From: Oscillibacter sp. CAG:241
Lineage (GTDB): Bacteria; Bacillota; Clostridia; Oscillospirales; Oscillospiraceae
Direction of reading: 5' to 3'
Assembly: GCA_000435975.1 (NCBI GenBank)
Contig: FR884114.1
Location: forward strand, 12,224 to 76,223
DNA length: 64,000 nucleotides
How positions within the stretch are numbered: the first letter of the stretch is position 1; each line of letters starts with the position of its first letter. The notes beneath the pieces are model-generated. The model did not search any database. It had not been told where the DNA came from and worked only from the letters and a program-made list of their open reading frames with translations. The translations under genes were made by a program, and so were the position numbers. This document shows, piece by piece, positions 29,125-38,517 of this stretch.

Positions 29125-29862
29125 ATGTACTGGAATGATTATATATGGTTTATAACCGCTATGCTGTTTTGCACCTTATTTTCTGCGATTGCAAGCGGAA
29201 AGGTTCATTCGGCATTTTCAAAATACTCTAAAGTCCGGTGCCGTTCGGGAAAGACCGGATATGATACCGTCGCCCAATTATTGTGGTCGAATCGGGTAAA
29301 CGGAATATCCGTCGGGCGTGTAAAAGGAAACCTGAGCGACCACTATGACCCGAGAAGAGGCGTTGTCAATCTTTCCGAAAGCACTTACGGCAACAGCTCG
29401 GTGGCATCCGTAGCTGTTGCTGCCCACGAAATGGGACATGTCATGCAGAAACAGGAAGGCTATTGGTTTTACAGATTCCGCACAGCACTGGTTTCTGTAG
29501 TGAATTTCGGATCAAGGCTGGCATTCCCATTGGTGTTGATCGGGCTTTTGCTTGACGCCTTTGTGATCAGTGCCGATCCTGAGATGGGATTTCACATCGC
29601 AATGATCGGCGTGATTTTGTACGGAACATCCTTCCTTTTTACTTTAGTTACGCTGCCGGTAGAGATCAATGCAAGCCGCCGTGCAGGAAAAATGCTTTTG
29701 CAGGAAGGAATACTGACGACAGATGAGATGCCGGGAGCAAAGAAAGTACTGTCCGCTGCTGCTCTCACTTACCTGGCTTCACTTATGACTTCTCTCGTTT
29801 ATTTTCTGCGCTTTTTCCTCTATGTTTTAACCTTATTCGGCAGACGCAACGACAGGATGTAA
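29125..29862 (+). CDS. membrane zinc metallopeptidase (HExxH; putative neutral zinc metallopeptidase family)
   Basis: AAHEMGHVMQ motif flanked by TM helices. Confidence 0.7.
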   Translation: MYWNDYIWFITAMLFCTLFSAIASGKVHSAFSKYSKVRCRSGKTGYDTVAQLLWSNRVNGISVGRVKGNLSDHYDPRRGVVNLSESTYGNSSVASVAVAAHEMGHVMQKQEGYWFYRFRTALVSVVNFGSRLAFPLVLIGLLLDAFVISADPEMGFHIAMIGVILYGTSFLFTLVTLPVEINASRRAGKMLLQEGILTTDEMPGAKKVLSAAALTYLASLMTSLVYFLRFFLYVLTLFGRRNDRM

Positions 29863-29888
29863 CCGGCGGAGGAAAGCGTGATTATAGA

Positions 29889-30596
29889 ATGAGCAATATT
29901 TTGCTGTTGGATAGAAATATAGACGAGGCAGAGAGGATAAGCAGCTATTTTGAAGCGAGAAGTTATGCAGTCATATGGCCGAAAACCATAGCGGATTTAC
30001 TTTATCATGTTGTACACAGGGATTTTTGCTTAGCCATTTTAGATGTCGCTCTTTCAGCAGAGGACGACCACCGGTTTCTGGATGCTCTACGCAAAGTAAA
30101 GGGCGTTCCCATTTTAGTTTTAGGGTCCGATACGGCGGATGCGGAAGAACGCCTCAATTCTCTGCGGGCAGGTGCGCACGCATATCTGTGTCGGCCGTAT
30201 TCGATGGAAGAATGCTTTGCGCAAGCGCAAGCCCTCATACAGGCGTATTCGCCACACATGCAAACACGGAAAGAGGAAAATAGCTCATGCAAAATGACAG
30301 TGGCCGGAAGGCTGCGTATTTCTCCGGAGAGTCGGCAAGCGTTCCTTGGCGAAAAGGAAATTATGCTGACACGAAAGGAATTTGACCTGCTGCTTCTGTT
30401 TGCCGAGAATCCAAACAAAGTATTTACCTGTGATCAGCTTTATGATCTCTTGTGGAGTGAGCAGACTGCATATAATGTTGATGAGGTGGTTAAAGCTCAT
30501 ATAAAATCACTCCGGCAGAAACTGTCCGATGACGATTCGGTCCAGATAAAAAATGTTTGGGGTGTCGGCTACCGATTTTGTTACAACAGAAAATAA
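29889..30596 (+). CDS. OmpR-family response regulator (orphan, no adjacent kinase)
   Basis: Receiver domain with phospho-acceptor Asp in LAILDVAL and a winged-helix trans_reg_C C-terminus (VWGVGYRF). Confidence 0.8.
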   Translation: MSNILLLDRNIDEAERISSYFEARSYAVIWPKTIADLLYHVVHRDFCLAILDVALSAEDDHRFLDALRKVKGVPILVLGSDTADAEERLNSLRAGAHAYLCRPYSMEECFAQAQALIQAYSPHMQTRKEENSSCKMTVAGRLRISPESRQAFLGEKEIMLTRKEFDLLLLFAENPNKVFTCDQLYDLLWSEQTAYNVDEVVKAHIKSLRQKLSDDDSVQIKNVWGVGYRFCYNRK

Positions 30597-30630
30597 AACT
30601 ACCGAATTCTTCCCGATATATTCCCTAAAA

Positions 30631-30682
30631 AATCCCTATGTTTTGCTATCCTTAGAATAGCAGGAACATAGGGATTTTTGTT
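30631..30682. terminator. bidirectional hairpin (15-bp stem AAAAATCCCTATGTT / AACATAGGGATTTTT)
   Basis: Perfect inverted repeat flanked by A/T runs, between the response regulator and the element's XRE gene. Confidence 0.5.
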
Positions 30683-30749
30683 GTGGCAGGTCAAAAGACA
30701 AACAATATATCGAAAAAAGAAGCAACCGCTTATCTTTGTAAACGGCTGC

Positions 30750-31079
30750 TCATTTATCAGTTTTCAGCTTATCTGCTTGTTGACACAAGGACACATACTT
30801 TTGAACCTCTGCCTCACTCTTTCCGGCGAAGAAATCCATAGCGGTTTTTGAAATATGCCCTCGCACAATATTGGGAAACAGGATCGCATCAATACTGATA
30901 TCCAATTCTCTCGCAATAAGCAAGATGGTTTCGGCTTTTGGATTGCTGATTCCGTGTTCCAGATCCTGAATAGTACGGATGCTCATATGGAGCTTATCCG
31001 CCAGCTGCCTCTGTGTGTAGCCAATCGCCTTGCGCTTTCGGAGCACTTCCGCAGCGAAGGTATCTAATACATTTTGCAC
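30750..31079 (-). CDS. XRE-family helix-turn-helix transcriptional regulator (CI-like repressor)
   Basis: IGYTQRQLADKLHMSIRTIQDLEHG HTH motif. GTG start with GAGGTGA RBS. Confidence 0.85.
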   Translation of the reverse strand: MQNVLDTFAAEVLRKRKAIGYTQRQLADKLHMSIRTIQDLEHGISNPKAETILLIARELDISIDAILFPNIVRGHISKTAMDFFAGKSEAEVQKYVSLCQQADKLKTDK

Positions 31080-31107
31080 TGTAGTTCACCTCATATATAT
31101 TTTAGTG

Positions 31108-31311
31108 TGAGCTACAGTTCGTATAAATATCCTTACGGCTCGCATTTAGTGAGTTGTGGTTCGCTTTTTATGTGTGAAAGGAGCACTATGGTACATATGA
31201 GGAGGTTCATTTAAGCTAACGGCGGAAGACGAAGTCTATTTTTACTTCTCTTAGAGCATAATACTTGGACACCTAAAACGAGTTGCACTCACGAATATGA
31301 GTTGCAGCTCG
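31108..31311. promoter_or_regulatory. four copies of a 13-bp semi-palindromic motif GAGYTRCAGYTCG (candidate operators)
   Basis: Copies at 31108-31120, 31150-31163, 31280-31293 and 31299-31311, in the intergenic region between the divergent xre and sigma-like genes. Confidence 0.35.
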
Positions 31312-31531
31312 TTTCTTATGTATTGCAACTGCTTTTCTCAATTATTTGGGACACACCGCCCGGCACATATTATCATAACGACACTTGTATATACGCAGAG
31401 GAAAGCGCATTTTCGGATTTTCATGTCCGTCAATGCGCTTTCTTTTGTTTTAACTGTCATTGCCCCGGGTGCCGTTCTCCTCCGTGTTTGTCTGCTCCCA
31501 TACGCCAGACAAGAAACACGGAGGGTTTTAT

Positions 31532-31924
31532 ATGTATAAAAAGAATAATGGCTCAACTGAGCAGGAAATATTGCAAAACCAGTTTTCGGCCTATGTGAAA
31601 AAGGCAGTCCATAATCGGAGAATTCAATTTTTGACCGAGAAAAGCCGCAAGTTTCGCTTTGAAACACCGCTTTTTGACCTGGACTATCTCCTGTTCGATA
31701 CAACGGACATCATTCAGGAGATCACGGATCATGAGACCGTGCGGCAAGCGCTTCGGTCAATCAAGGAAAACGAACGGCGGATCGTCCTTGAAAGAATCAT
31801 TGAGGAAAAAAGCTTCGGGCAATTATCGGATGAACTCGGTATGTCCTATAAGACTGTAGCCTCACTGTATTACCGTGCAATAAAGAAGCTCCGCCGATTT
31901 ATGGAAGAAGGTGAATCAAAATGA
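31532..31924 (+). CDS. sigma-70-family regulator (region-4 HTH)
   Basis: C-terminal FGQLSDELGMSYKTVASLYYRAIKKLRRF matches the sigma region-4 HTH. GGAGGG RBS. Confidence 0.55.
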   Translation: MYKKNNGSTEQEILQNQFSAYVKKAVHNRRIQFLTEKSRKFRFETPLFDLDYLLFDTTDIIQEITDHETVRQALRSIKENERRIVLERIIEEKSFGQLSDELGMSYKTVASLYYRAIKKLRRFMEEGESK

Positions 31925-32103
31925 ATTTCAAAGAGTTACTGTTGCAAGCAAAATTCGGAGACAGAACAGCCACAACAGAATTACTGATGCTATATCAGCC
32001 CTTGCTACTGAAAGAATCAATTATAGACGGAATTCTTGACGAGGATCTGTACCAGGAGCTTTGCATTGTGTTTATGCGCTGCATAGACCGTTTTGACCCA
32101 TAA
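31921..32103 (+). CDS. small protein, ATGA-coupled to sigma-like gene (sigma region-2-like segment LLMLYQPLLLKESI)
   Basis: 60-aa ORF overlapping the upstream stop, followed by a strong terminator. Confidence 0.35.
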   Translation: MNFKELLLQAKFGDRTATTELLMLYQPLLLKESIIDGILDEDLYQELCIVFMRCIDRFDP

Positions 32104-32111
32104 AATAAAAG

Positions 32112-32140
32112 GGCGGCAGGAGTTTTGCTCCTGCCGCCCT
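32112..32140. terminator. bidirectional rho-independent terminator
   Basis: GGGCGGCAGGAG-tttt-GCTCCTGCCGCCC 12-bp GC stem between convergent genes. Confidence 0.65.
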
Positions 32141-32143
32141 TAC

Positions 32144-32521
32144 TCATCTTCTGAAACTTGCCATAGTATTTTTGATTGCCGCCATACCATCCTCTCCCAG
32201 CAGTTCGGCAGCGTCATCAAAGGCGATCTCTTCGGATTTGACCGTCTTTTTCTCCGGCGCCTGTCCGACATCTTTTGGGGTGGGCTTTTCTGAGTATTCC
32301 TCCATAATGCGCCGCACGATTGCTTCAATGGCGTCGGTATTAACTGGTGACGGCTGAGGAATATCGGGCGTTTCGGAGCAATGAATGTAGTGCAGAACTG
32401 TGTTTACAAGAAACTGTGCTTTCCGGCGCCCCTGCTGATTGAGTATTTCCGCAACCTGCTGATGCTGCGGATCTCCGCCGCTGAATTGAATAGTGAACTT
32501 GTAAATATCTTTCTTCGCCAT
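32144..32521 (-). CDS. hypothetical protein; ParR-like partition adaptor by position downstream of parM
   Basis: 125 aa, ATG 6 nt after the parM stop. No recognisable motif beyond its positional analogy to parMR loci. Confidence 0.3.
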   Translation of the reverse strand: MAKKDIYKFTIQFSGGDPQHQQVAEILNQQGRRKAQFLVNTVLHYIHCSETPDIPQPSPVNTDAIEAIVRRIMEEYSEKPTPKDVGQAPEKKTVKSEEIAFDDAAELLGEDGMAAIKNTMASFRR

Positions 32522-32526
32522 TCACA

Positions 32527-33438
32527 TCACCCCATACAAGCGGCCTTGAACAACAGCTCGTAGCCCTTTGTATTGGCGGAAATCTCATCGACAAAAATCG
32601 GTGCGCCGACCTTGCCGGACGCTTCGATTTGTTTCTTCAGTAGGATAGAACCGCCGCCGACAAACACAGCCTTGCCGGAGCGCAAATCAATCATCCGCTC
32701 TCTGAGCTTGCCGAAAAGATCGTTGATAAACTGTTGCGCCTGCTCCTGCACGATACGGATCACACTTTCGTCAAAATCGGTAGGCGTATCCTTCAAGATA
32801 GCATCAATGTCCGACTCGTCCAGGAGGATGTCAAAATCCGCATTGACCTTGGATTTGATTCCATTGTAAAGAGTGATGACGCCGTTATCCAGTGAGTCGC
32901 AGGCAGACAGATCCGCCTCGCCGTTTTTCACCAGCAGATAGTCGGCAGTAAAACCGCCAATGTCCAGCACTGCAACCTTTGAATACGAATGGATCCGCTG
33001 ATAGATCGGCATAATGGCAGCGTAAGCCTGCGGAAAGCAAATCGCCGTGCTGATGAATACAGAGTACGGTCTGCCGTCGAGCTGGAAGTCAATAATATCC
33101 CGGTTCAGAAAATAGTTTTCAAACCGTTCGTATTGCGCTCCGTAATGGGCAGGCGGCAGGCCTACCGCAAGCTGCACATCTACGATCTCGTCCTTGCGGT
33201 ACTCGGTTCCGGCAAGCTCAAAGGCAACGGCAAACAGCGTGAGGATAAAATACCGTTCGTCAGCCGTCTTGTCCCGCATATACGGGATGCGCTGATCGGT
33301 GAGGGTATAATACTTGCCCTTGTAGAACAGAACATCCTTTCCGAAGGGCGGCTTTGTGTCGCTTTCCCGAAGCCCGGACACAAAGGTCCTGTGGTTGGTT
33401 TTGATTTGTTTATTCCCGTGGTCGATACTGATTAGCAT
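32527..33438 (-). CDS. parM: ParM/StbA-family actin-like segregation ATPase
   Basis: N-terminal ISIDHGN and DIGGFTADY actin-fold phosphate motifs. AAAGGAG RBS. Confidence 0.8.
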   Translation of the reverse strand: MLISIDHGNKQIKTNHRTFVSGLRESDTKPPFGKDVLFYKGKYYTLTDQRIPYMRDKTADERYFILTLFAVAFELAGTEYRKDEIVDVQLAVGLPPAHYGAQYERFENYFLNRDIIDFQLDGRPYSVFISTAICFPQAYAAIMPIYQRIHSYSKVAVLDIGGFTADYLLVKNGEADLSACDSLDNGVITLYNGIKSKVNADFDILLDESDIDAILKDTPTDFDESVIRIVQEQAQQFINDLFGKLRERMIDLRSGKAVFVGGGSILLKKQIEASGKVGAPIFVDEISANTKGYELLFKAACMG

Positions 33439-33559
33439 GGTAAAATCTCCTTTGTTTTTGGTTTATACTCTTTAATTACGACTTTAATGCGTGTTATTTC
33501 AACAGATTTCCGCAAAGGGGCAAAATAGTCCCGCAAGTAAAAAATAGTGATAAGACAAA

Positions 33560-33590
33560 GCACCTCACGGGGAAAAATCCCGTGAGGTGC
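33560..33590 (-). terminator. hairpin terminator between the 77-aa gene and parM
   Basis: GCACCTCACGGG-gaaaaat-CCCGTGAGGTGC perfect 12-bp stem, followed on the minus strand by TTTGTCTT. Confidence 0.5.
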
Positions 33591-33607
33591 TATTCGCTCA
33601 TATACGA

Positions 33608-33841
33608 TTATGGTCGTTTCGTGCTGAAGTCCTTGAAAGTAATTTGAAGGATGACTTCTTCTCGTGTCGAGGTTACAGATTGCACCTTAGCCTCCAGCAA
33701 GTCGGGCATAGCCTGTGCCGTCAGTTTATATAAACTGCGGTAGCGACCTACTATATTGATCCCGGCCTTTACAACGACTGGTATCTCATCGCTGGCAATT
33801 CCGATCCGACTGCAAAAGTCGAGAACGGTGATCTTTCTCAT
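33608..33841 (-). CDS. hypothetical small protein (77 aa)
   Basis: Strong AAAGGAG RBS. No recognisable motif. Confidence 0.4.
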   Translation of the reverse strand: MRKITVLDFCSRIGIASDEIPVVVKAGINIVGRYRSLYKLTAQAMPDLLEAKVQSVTSTREEVILQITFKDFSTKRP

Positions 33842-33878
33842 GGCAACTCCTTTCTAATGCTTGGGTGAGCAGAGGAGC

Positions 33879-34883
33879 CTACCACCCAATATCCATTCCT
33901 AACTGTTCCATTGCCGACTCCATAGAGAGAACTTTCATCCGCTTGGCGTCAAACACCGAAAAGGAGAGAAGCTCCCCATTCTCGTCGCAGGCAATGGAAT
34001 TTTCCGATAAAACCGCAGCGTCAAGCTCCTGAATTCCGGCGTACACATTGCCCTCGTTATCCATAAGATACGGAAAAGAAGGTGTGACCTCGCATCCGTT
34101 CATCATAAGCCGCGTTCCTTCCGGCAGCTCCATCAGCAGTTTTTCCTTATCCCTGCCGGCAGGCTCCATATCGAACAGTGTCTGCTGTCCGAAATAGGAG
34201 CCGGCATATAGCTTTCGCTTCATATAAGGATACTTGCCGGTTTCCGTCTGCACCATCTGCTTGATGCGCCCGACATTGTTCTGCATGGCAGACCAGTCGA
34301 TCACTTCGTGCAATCGGTGCTCATTGTAGTAACCGGCGCTGAGGTTTACCGCCGCCGTTTTAAGATACGGCGCAACAACGGAGATGTCGCTGAAGGAGCC
34401 CATCGCCTCACGGAAACCAAAGGAGCAGACAAATTCGGAAAACTCCGGGTTGTCGCAGTTGTAGAACACCGCGTCGTTGTTCCCTCGGCGGTCCATCTCT
34501 ACAATGTAATTCACATTGATTTGGATTCCGCTCCGTTCAAACGCCGTGGCTCCTTGTCCGCCGGTCTCCTCATCCTCGCAGAACAGCACATGGCAGCGTA
34601 CTTCGCTGATGATTTGCAAGATCATATATACGCCGCACCGGTCGTCGCCGCCGATCCCTTGCGGGGACATGATGTAGCGCCCGTCTTCGGATCGGCAGAT
34701 GATGTGCGGCGGTTCATTATGTACGGTGTCCAAATGGGCAACCAACAGCACCGGCACTGTGCCCTCAGCATAGAGGAAGCCTTTCTTTTTGACTGTTTCA
34801 TAGCCAAGCTTCTTCAGGTGACCGGCCAGATAATGCTTCAGGTCCTTTTGCCGCATACGGAGAATATCATCAAATCGGATCAT
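33879..34883 (-). CDS. M28/M42-like zinc-peptidase-fold protein
   Basis: Ordered metal-ligand pattern VAHLDTVH ... GGDDRCG ... CEDEETGG ... NEHRLHE. ATG 34883 with GAAGG RBS overlaps the upstream stop (ATGA). Confidence 0.5.
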   Translation of the reverse strand: MIRFDDILRMRQKDLKHYLAGHLKKLGYETVKKKGFLYAEGTVPVLLVAHLDTVHNEPPHIICRSEDGRYIMSPQGIGGDDRCGVYMILQIISEVRCHVLFCEDEETGGQGATAFERSGIQINVNYIVEMDRRGNNDAVFYNCDNPEFSEFVCSFGFREAMGSFSDISVVAPYLKTAAVNLSAGYYNEHRLHEVIDWSAMQNNVGRIKQMVQTETGKYPYMKRKLYAGSYFGQQTLFDMEPAGRDKEKLLMELPEGTRLMMNGCEVTPSFPYLMDNEGNVYAGIQELDAAVLSENSIACDENGELLSFSVFDAKRMKVLSMESAMEQLGMDIGW

Positions 34884-36223
34884 CTCGCACCGCCTTCCGC
34901 AACTGTGATCGAAGTCCTGTGGCAGAACGCATTGCCGATAATGCGGCAGATACTGCAAACGCTGCAGGCCGCACACGGCTCAAGCGATGCCCGGTAACAG
35001 GACTCGCATATCTCTACCAATCGACCTCCGCGGTCATAAGCCGGATACATCGTTCCGTGGATCATCTCACCGCACGAGCCGCAGATATGCAGGCACGCAT
35101 GGCAATGATAGGTTCCTTCCACATATCTTGCATTTTGCTTGGGGACAGTGTTGCCGCAATCCATGCAGACAACGGTATCCTCACATCGGCATTTCAAATG
35201 ACCCGAATGGTATGCTTGACCGCAGCAAACACAGAATGACGGTCCTCCGATGACGAAATGACTGGGTGCGGCAGCGGTTTTTAGCATTGACAGGTTCCCG
35301 TAGTAATTATAGTCGGGATATTGCCGGCTGCCTTCCCCGCTGGTGCAGCACTCCTTCACATCCTCACGCTTCTTTTTCAGCACCCAGCGATTCGGCACGC
35401 CGAGGCAGGCCGCGATCGCTTTCTGCACGATGCTGCGGTACAGATCCATCTGCTCCGACAGATCGCTCGGATAGAGCCTTGATTGAAACAGCGTTTGATC
35501 CTTGTAGAAAAACATCTGCCGTGACCGTCTCGGCGCACGGTAATAATGATCTTTTACTTCCGGGTCAACCGTGAAGAAAATCATACTTACATCGTCTGTC
35601 ATATAGGACAGCGCTCCGGCCTGATAGCTGCCGCTTTCGAGATTGTGGCAGGAAGTCCAGGTGTTGTCCTTGTTGGACATTTCAAGAAAATCACACGGGT
35701 GCAGAGATAACAGCGCCGTTTTGAGCATTTGCAAAGGATTCAGAGAATCGGAAAGCTGGGCAAATACCGCATTATAATGCTCATGCCCGTCCACACCGAA
35801 ACTGCGGCACAGTTTGCCGATGATCCGGCTGGTTTTCTGTCCCTCAGCGCATTTTATACCGCCACGGGTACGGATGATCTCCAGCGTTTGCTCGGACAGC
35901 GTGCTGCTGTACTCGTTGACAGCGGCACGCAGAGCAATGCGGAAATCCTCCAAACGCTGTTCTTCATTGATCTGCTCGGCGGCAAGATCCTCCATAGTAA
36001 AAGCAATCTCGTCCACGACATCACGCTGAATACCGCGCCCCTCGTCAAAGGAAAACACGATTGCCTTTGCGTCCTCATCCCAATTCGGATGGCGGCGCAG
36101 CAATTCGAGCAAGCCTGCTTTTTCTTGTGCCCATAAGTTCAGATTTGTCATAACGCCGGTTTCGCCAAAGGATTTTTCATACTTATACATGACCTCGTAA
36201 AAGGCCTTTTTTAATTCTTCCAT
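34880..36223 (-). CDS. hypothetical protein with C-terminal cluster of CxxC zinc-ribbon motifs
   Basis: 447 aa from ATG 36223 (AGGAAAGGA RBS). The last about 110 aa contain more than 20 Cys/His in CxxC pairs. No family recognised. Confidence 0.5.
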   Translation of the reverse strand: MEELKKAFYEVMYKYEKSFGETGVMTNLNLWAQEKAGLLELLRRHPNWDEDAKAIVFSFDEGRGIQRDVVDEIAFTMEDLAAEQINEEQRLEDFRIALRAAVNEYSSTLSEQTLEIIRTRGGIKCAEGQKTSRIIGKLCRSFGVDGHEHYNAVFAQLSDSLNPLQMLKTALLSLHPCDFLEMSNKDNTWTSCHNLESGSYQAGALSYMTDDVSMIFFTVDPEVKDHYYRAPRRSRQMFFYKDQTLFQSRLYPSDLSEQMDLYRSIVQKAIAACLGVPNRWVLKKKREDVKECCTSGEGSRQYPDYNYYGNLSMLKTAAAPSHFVIGGPSFCVCCGQAYHSGHLKCRCEDTVVCMDCGNTVPKQNARYVEGTYHCHACLHICGSCGEMIHGTMYPAYDRGGRLVEICESCYRASLEPCAACSVCSICRIIGNAFCHRTSITVAEGGAR

Positions 36224-36239
36224 TCGTTTCAGTCCTTTC

Positions 36240-36413
36240 CTAAATAGTATTTGCTTCAAATTCAACGCCGATAAAATCATCGGCAGTCAGAATATGCTTG
36301 CCGCTGTACCATTCGTCGCCGACGATCTGCTCAGCGGCCTCTTTGCTTTCTGCCGTCACATCGACCGTTCGTTTCAGCGCTTCGGTTATGGTGACCCTAT
36401 ATTTCTTTGCCAT
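36240..36413 (-). CDS. DpnD/PcfM-like small protein
   Basis: MAKKYRVTITEALKRTVDVTAESKEAAEQIVGDEW...GVEFE matches the DpnD/PcfM pattern of Firmicutes conjugative plasmids. Confidence 0.6.
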   Translation of the reverse strand: MAKKYRVTITEALKRTVDVTAESKEAAEQIVGDEWYSGKHILTADDFIGVEFEANTI

Positions 36414-36482
36414 AGCATTTCCTCCGATCCGACAAGGGCGGAGAAGAAAAACTTCCTCTCCGCCCGTCATTCTATTGATTAT

Positions 36483-38498
36483 TTATTCTCCGATCATACG
36501 GAAAAACTCTGCCGGCGACAGTACGGCAACGCCGAGCGCTTGCGCCTTGACGAGCTTACTGCCGGCATTTTCGCCGCAGATCAGGTAGTCGGTATTCTTG
36601 GATACGGAGCTTCCGGCTTTCGCACCCAAAGAATATATCTTCGCATTGATGCCGTCACGGGTGTACGGCTCGACCTTGCCCGTAACCACGAGCGTTTTCC
36701 CCACAAAGGGGTTGTCCTGTACGACGAACATAGCGGTTTCTTTCTTTTCAATGTTTACCATAGGCTTTAATTCCTCCCATAAAATGCGGTTTTCTTCAAC
36801 TGAAAACCATTCGTGAATGTTGTTATGCAGCGTTTCTCCGAAATCGGGAAGCTGCGTAAAATCATAGCCGGAATCGACCGCTACCTCAAAGGCACGGAGA
36901 CTCTGATCGAAGCATCGACCGAGCGCAGCGCTGGCTGTGTTGCCGATCATCGGAATATCCATTGCGATAAGATAGCGTTCAAATGTGGTATTGCGGCTTT
37001 TTTGAATCGCATCCCACAACCGCTGCCAGGACCTTTCTCCGAAACCGTCCATACGGATGATCTCGTCCCGGTGATTATCCAGCCGGTAAATATCCGTAAA
37101 ATCCTGAAGCCAGCCACGGGCAATGAATTGCTCCAGCGTCGCCTCTGACAGTCCATCAATGTCCATCGCTTTCTTTCCGACGAAGTGAACGAATTTCCTC
37201 AGATTCTGCGATGCACAATTCGGATTGTGGCAGAACAGTGTTTTCGTCAGCTTCAGTTCGCCGTCGATCCGCTTCTGCGTGGTATGGATCATCGTCTGAT
37301 ACCCACAGCAGGGGCAGAGAGACGGAACCAGCACTTCCATTGAAAAATCTCCACGGTCAAGGTTTTCTTCGACCTGAGGGATGATCATGTTCCGCTTACT
37401 CACCAGAATGCGGTTGCCAGGCATCAACTCAAGCCCCTCAATAAAAGAGAGGTTGTGCAGCGTTGCACGGGACACCTCGCATCCGTCGATCTCTACCGTG
37501 TCAAAAACAGCTACCGGAGAGATCTCACCGGAACGGGTCGGCGTCCACTCAATGTGGTCGAGCCTTGTTTCAAAGAGCTCGTCTTCAAACTTAAAGGCAA
37601 TACCGTCCTTGAAATGGTGCCCTGTCCGTCCGCAGGTGCGGGAGTAGGAAATGGAGTCATAGGTCATGACCAGTCCGTCGATCGGCAGATCATCCTCGGC
37701 CGCTTTGTCCCGCAGCACCTTAATGTGCAGATCCATCATATCGTTATTTGCCGTTGTGAACTGAAGAGAGCGCACTCTGTCGAAGCCGAATTCAGTGAGC
37801 TTTGCCAGCTTCATGCGTTTGCTGTCCGTCTCGGCCTCGATCTCCGGCAGTCCCTCTATGACCGCAAAGGGTAAAAAGTGGACGCACCGCTTGGCGCATA
37901 CCGCAGAATTGTAAGCACGGACGGAGCCGGCGGCAAGATTGCGGCTGTTTCGGTACGGCTTTCCCGTACTGTCAACCAGCTTTTGGCGCAGCCGTTCAAA
38001 GTCGCTACAGTGAATAAAACTCTCACCGGCAACGACCAGTCTTTCCTTGTACGGGATCTGCACCGGTATTCCTTCGATGGCTTCGGCGTTGTGGGTAATA
38101 TCCTCACCGATGTCGCCGTTGCCCCGGGTAGAGAGCCGTTGCAGAAGGCCGCCCTCATAAATGATCTCGGTCGTCAGTCCGTCCAGTTTCAGTGAGAAAT
38201 CCACTGTGCGGCCGTCCTGAAATGCAAGCAGCTCGCTTATCAGCTTTGTCTTATCCAGCGATAACAGCGGAATATCGTGCTTTGCCTGCGGCAGCCTCGA
38301 CACAACGGGGTAGCCCACGGTCTGCGTCGGTGAATTGGACATCACCACGCCGGTTTCTTTCTCCAGTTCAGTCAGCTCATCAAAGAGCCGGTCATATACA
38401 GCGTCCGATACTGACGGAGCATTCCGGTTGTAATACTCGTCCCGGTATGTATTGAGCCGGGCGGTCAGTTCACGCTGCCGTATCAATCTTTCTTTCAC
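36483..38498 (-). CDS. ligA: NAD-dependent DNA ligase
   Basis: KxDG adenylation motif (LKLDGLT), OB/Zn/HhH/BRCT order, 671 aa. GTG start with GAAAGGA RBS. Confidence 0.9.
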   Translation of the reverse strand: MKERLIRQRELTARLNTYRDEYYNRNAPSVSDAVYDRLFDELTELEKETGVVMSNSPTQTVGYPVVSRLPQAKHDIPLLSLDKTKLISELLAFQDGRTVDFSLKLDGLTTEIIYEGGLLQRLSTRGNGDIGEDITHNAEAIEGIPVQIPYKERLVVAGESFIHCSDFERLRQKLVDSTGKPYRNSRNLAAGSVRAYNSAVCAKRCVHFLPFAVIEGLPEIEAETDSKRMKLAKLTEFGFDRVRSLQFTTANNDMMDLHIKVLRDKAAEDDLPIDGLVMTYDSISYSRTCGRTGHHFKDGIAFKFEDELFETRLDHIEWTPTRSGEISPVAVFDTVEIDGCEVSRATLHNLSFIEGLELMPGNRILVSKRNMIIPQVEENLDRGDFSMEVLVPSLCPCCGYQTMIHTTQKRIDGELKLTKTLFCHNPNCASQNLRKFVHFVGKKAMDIDGLSEATLEQFIARGWLQDFTDIYRLDNHRDEIIRMDGFGERSWQRLWDAIQKSRNTTFERYLIAMDIPMIGNTASAALGRCFDQSLRAFEVAVDSGYDFTQLPDFGETLHNNIHEWFSVEENRILWEELKPMVNIEKKETAMFVVQDNPFVGKTLVVTGKVEPYTRDGINAKIYSLGAKAGSSVSKNTDYLICGENAGSKLVKAQALGVAVLSPAEFFRMIGE

Positions 38499-38517
38499 TC
38501 TGTATCATCCTTTCTCG

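Noticed and set aside
31297-31598. 80- and 98-aa ORFs in the xre/sigma intergenic region
   Set aside because: They overlap the operator/promoter region and the start of the sigma-like gene, with no RBS. They are more likely non-coding regulatory DNA.
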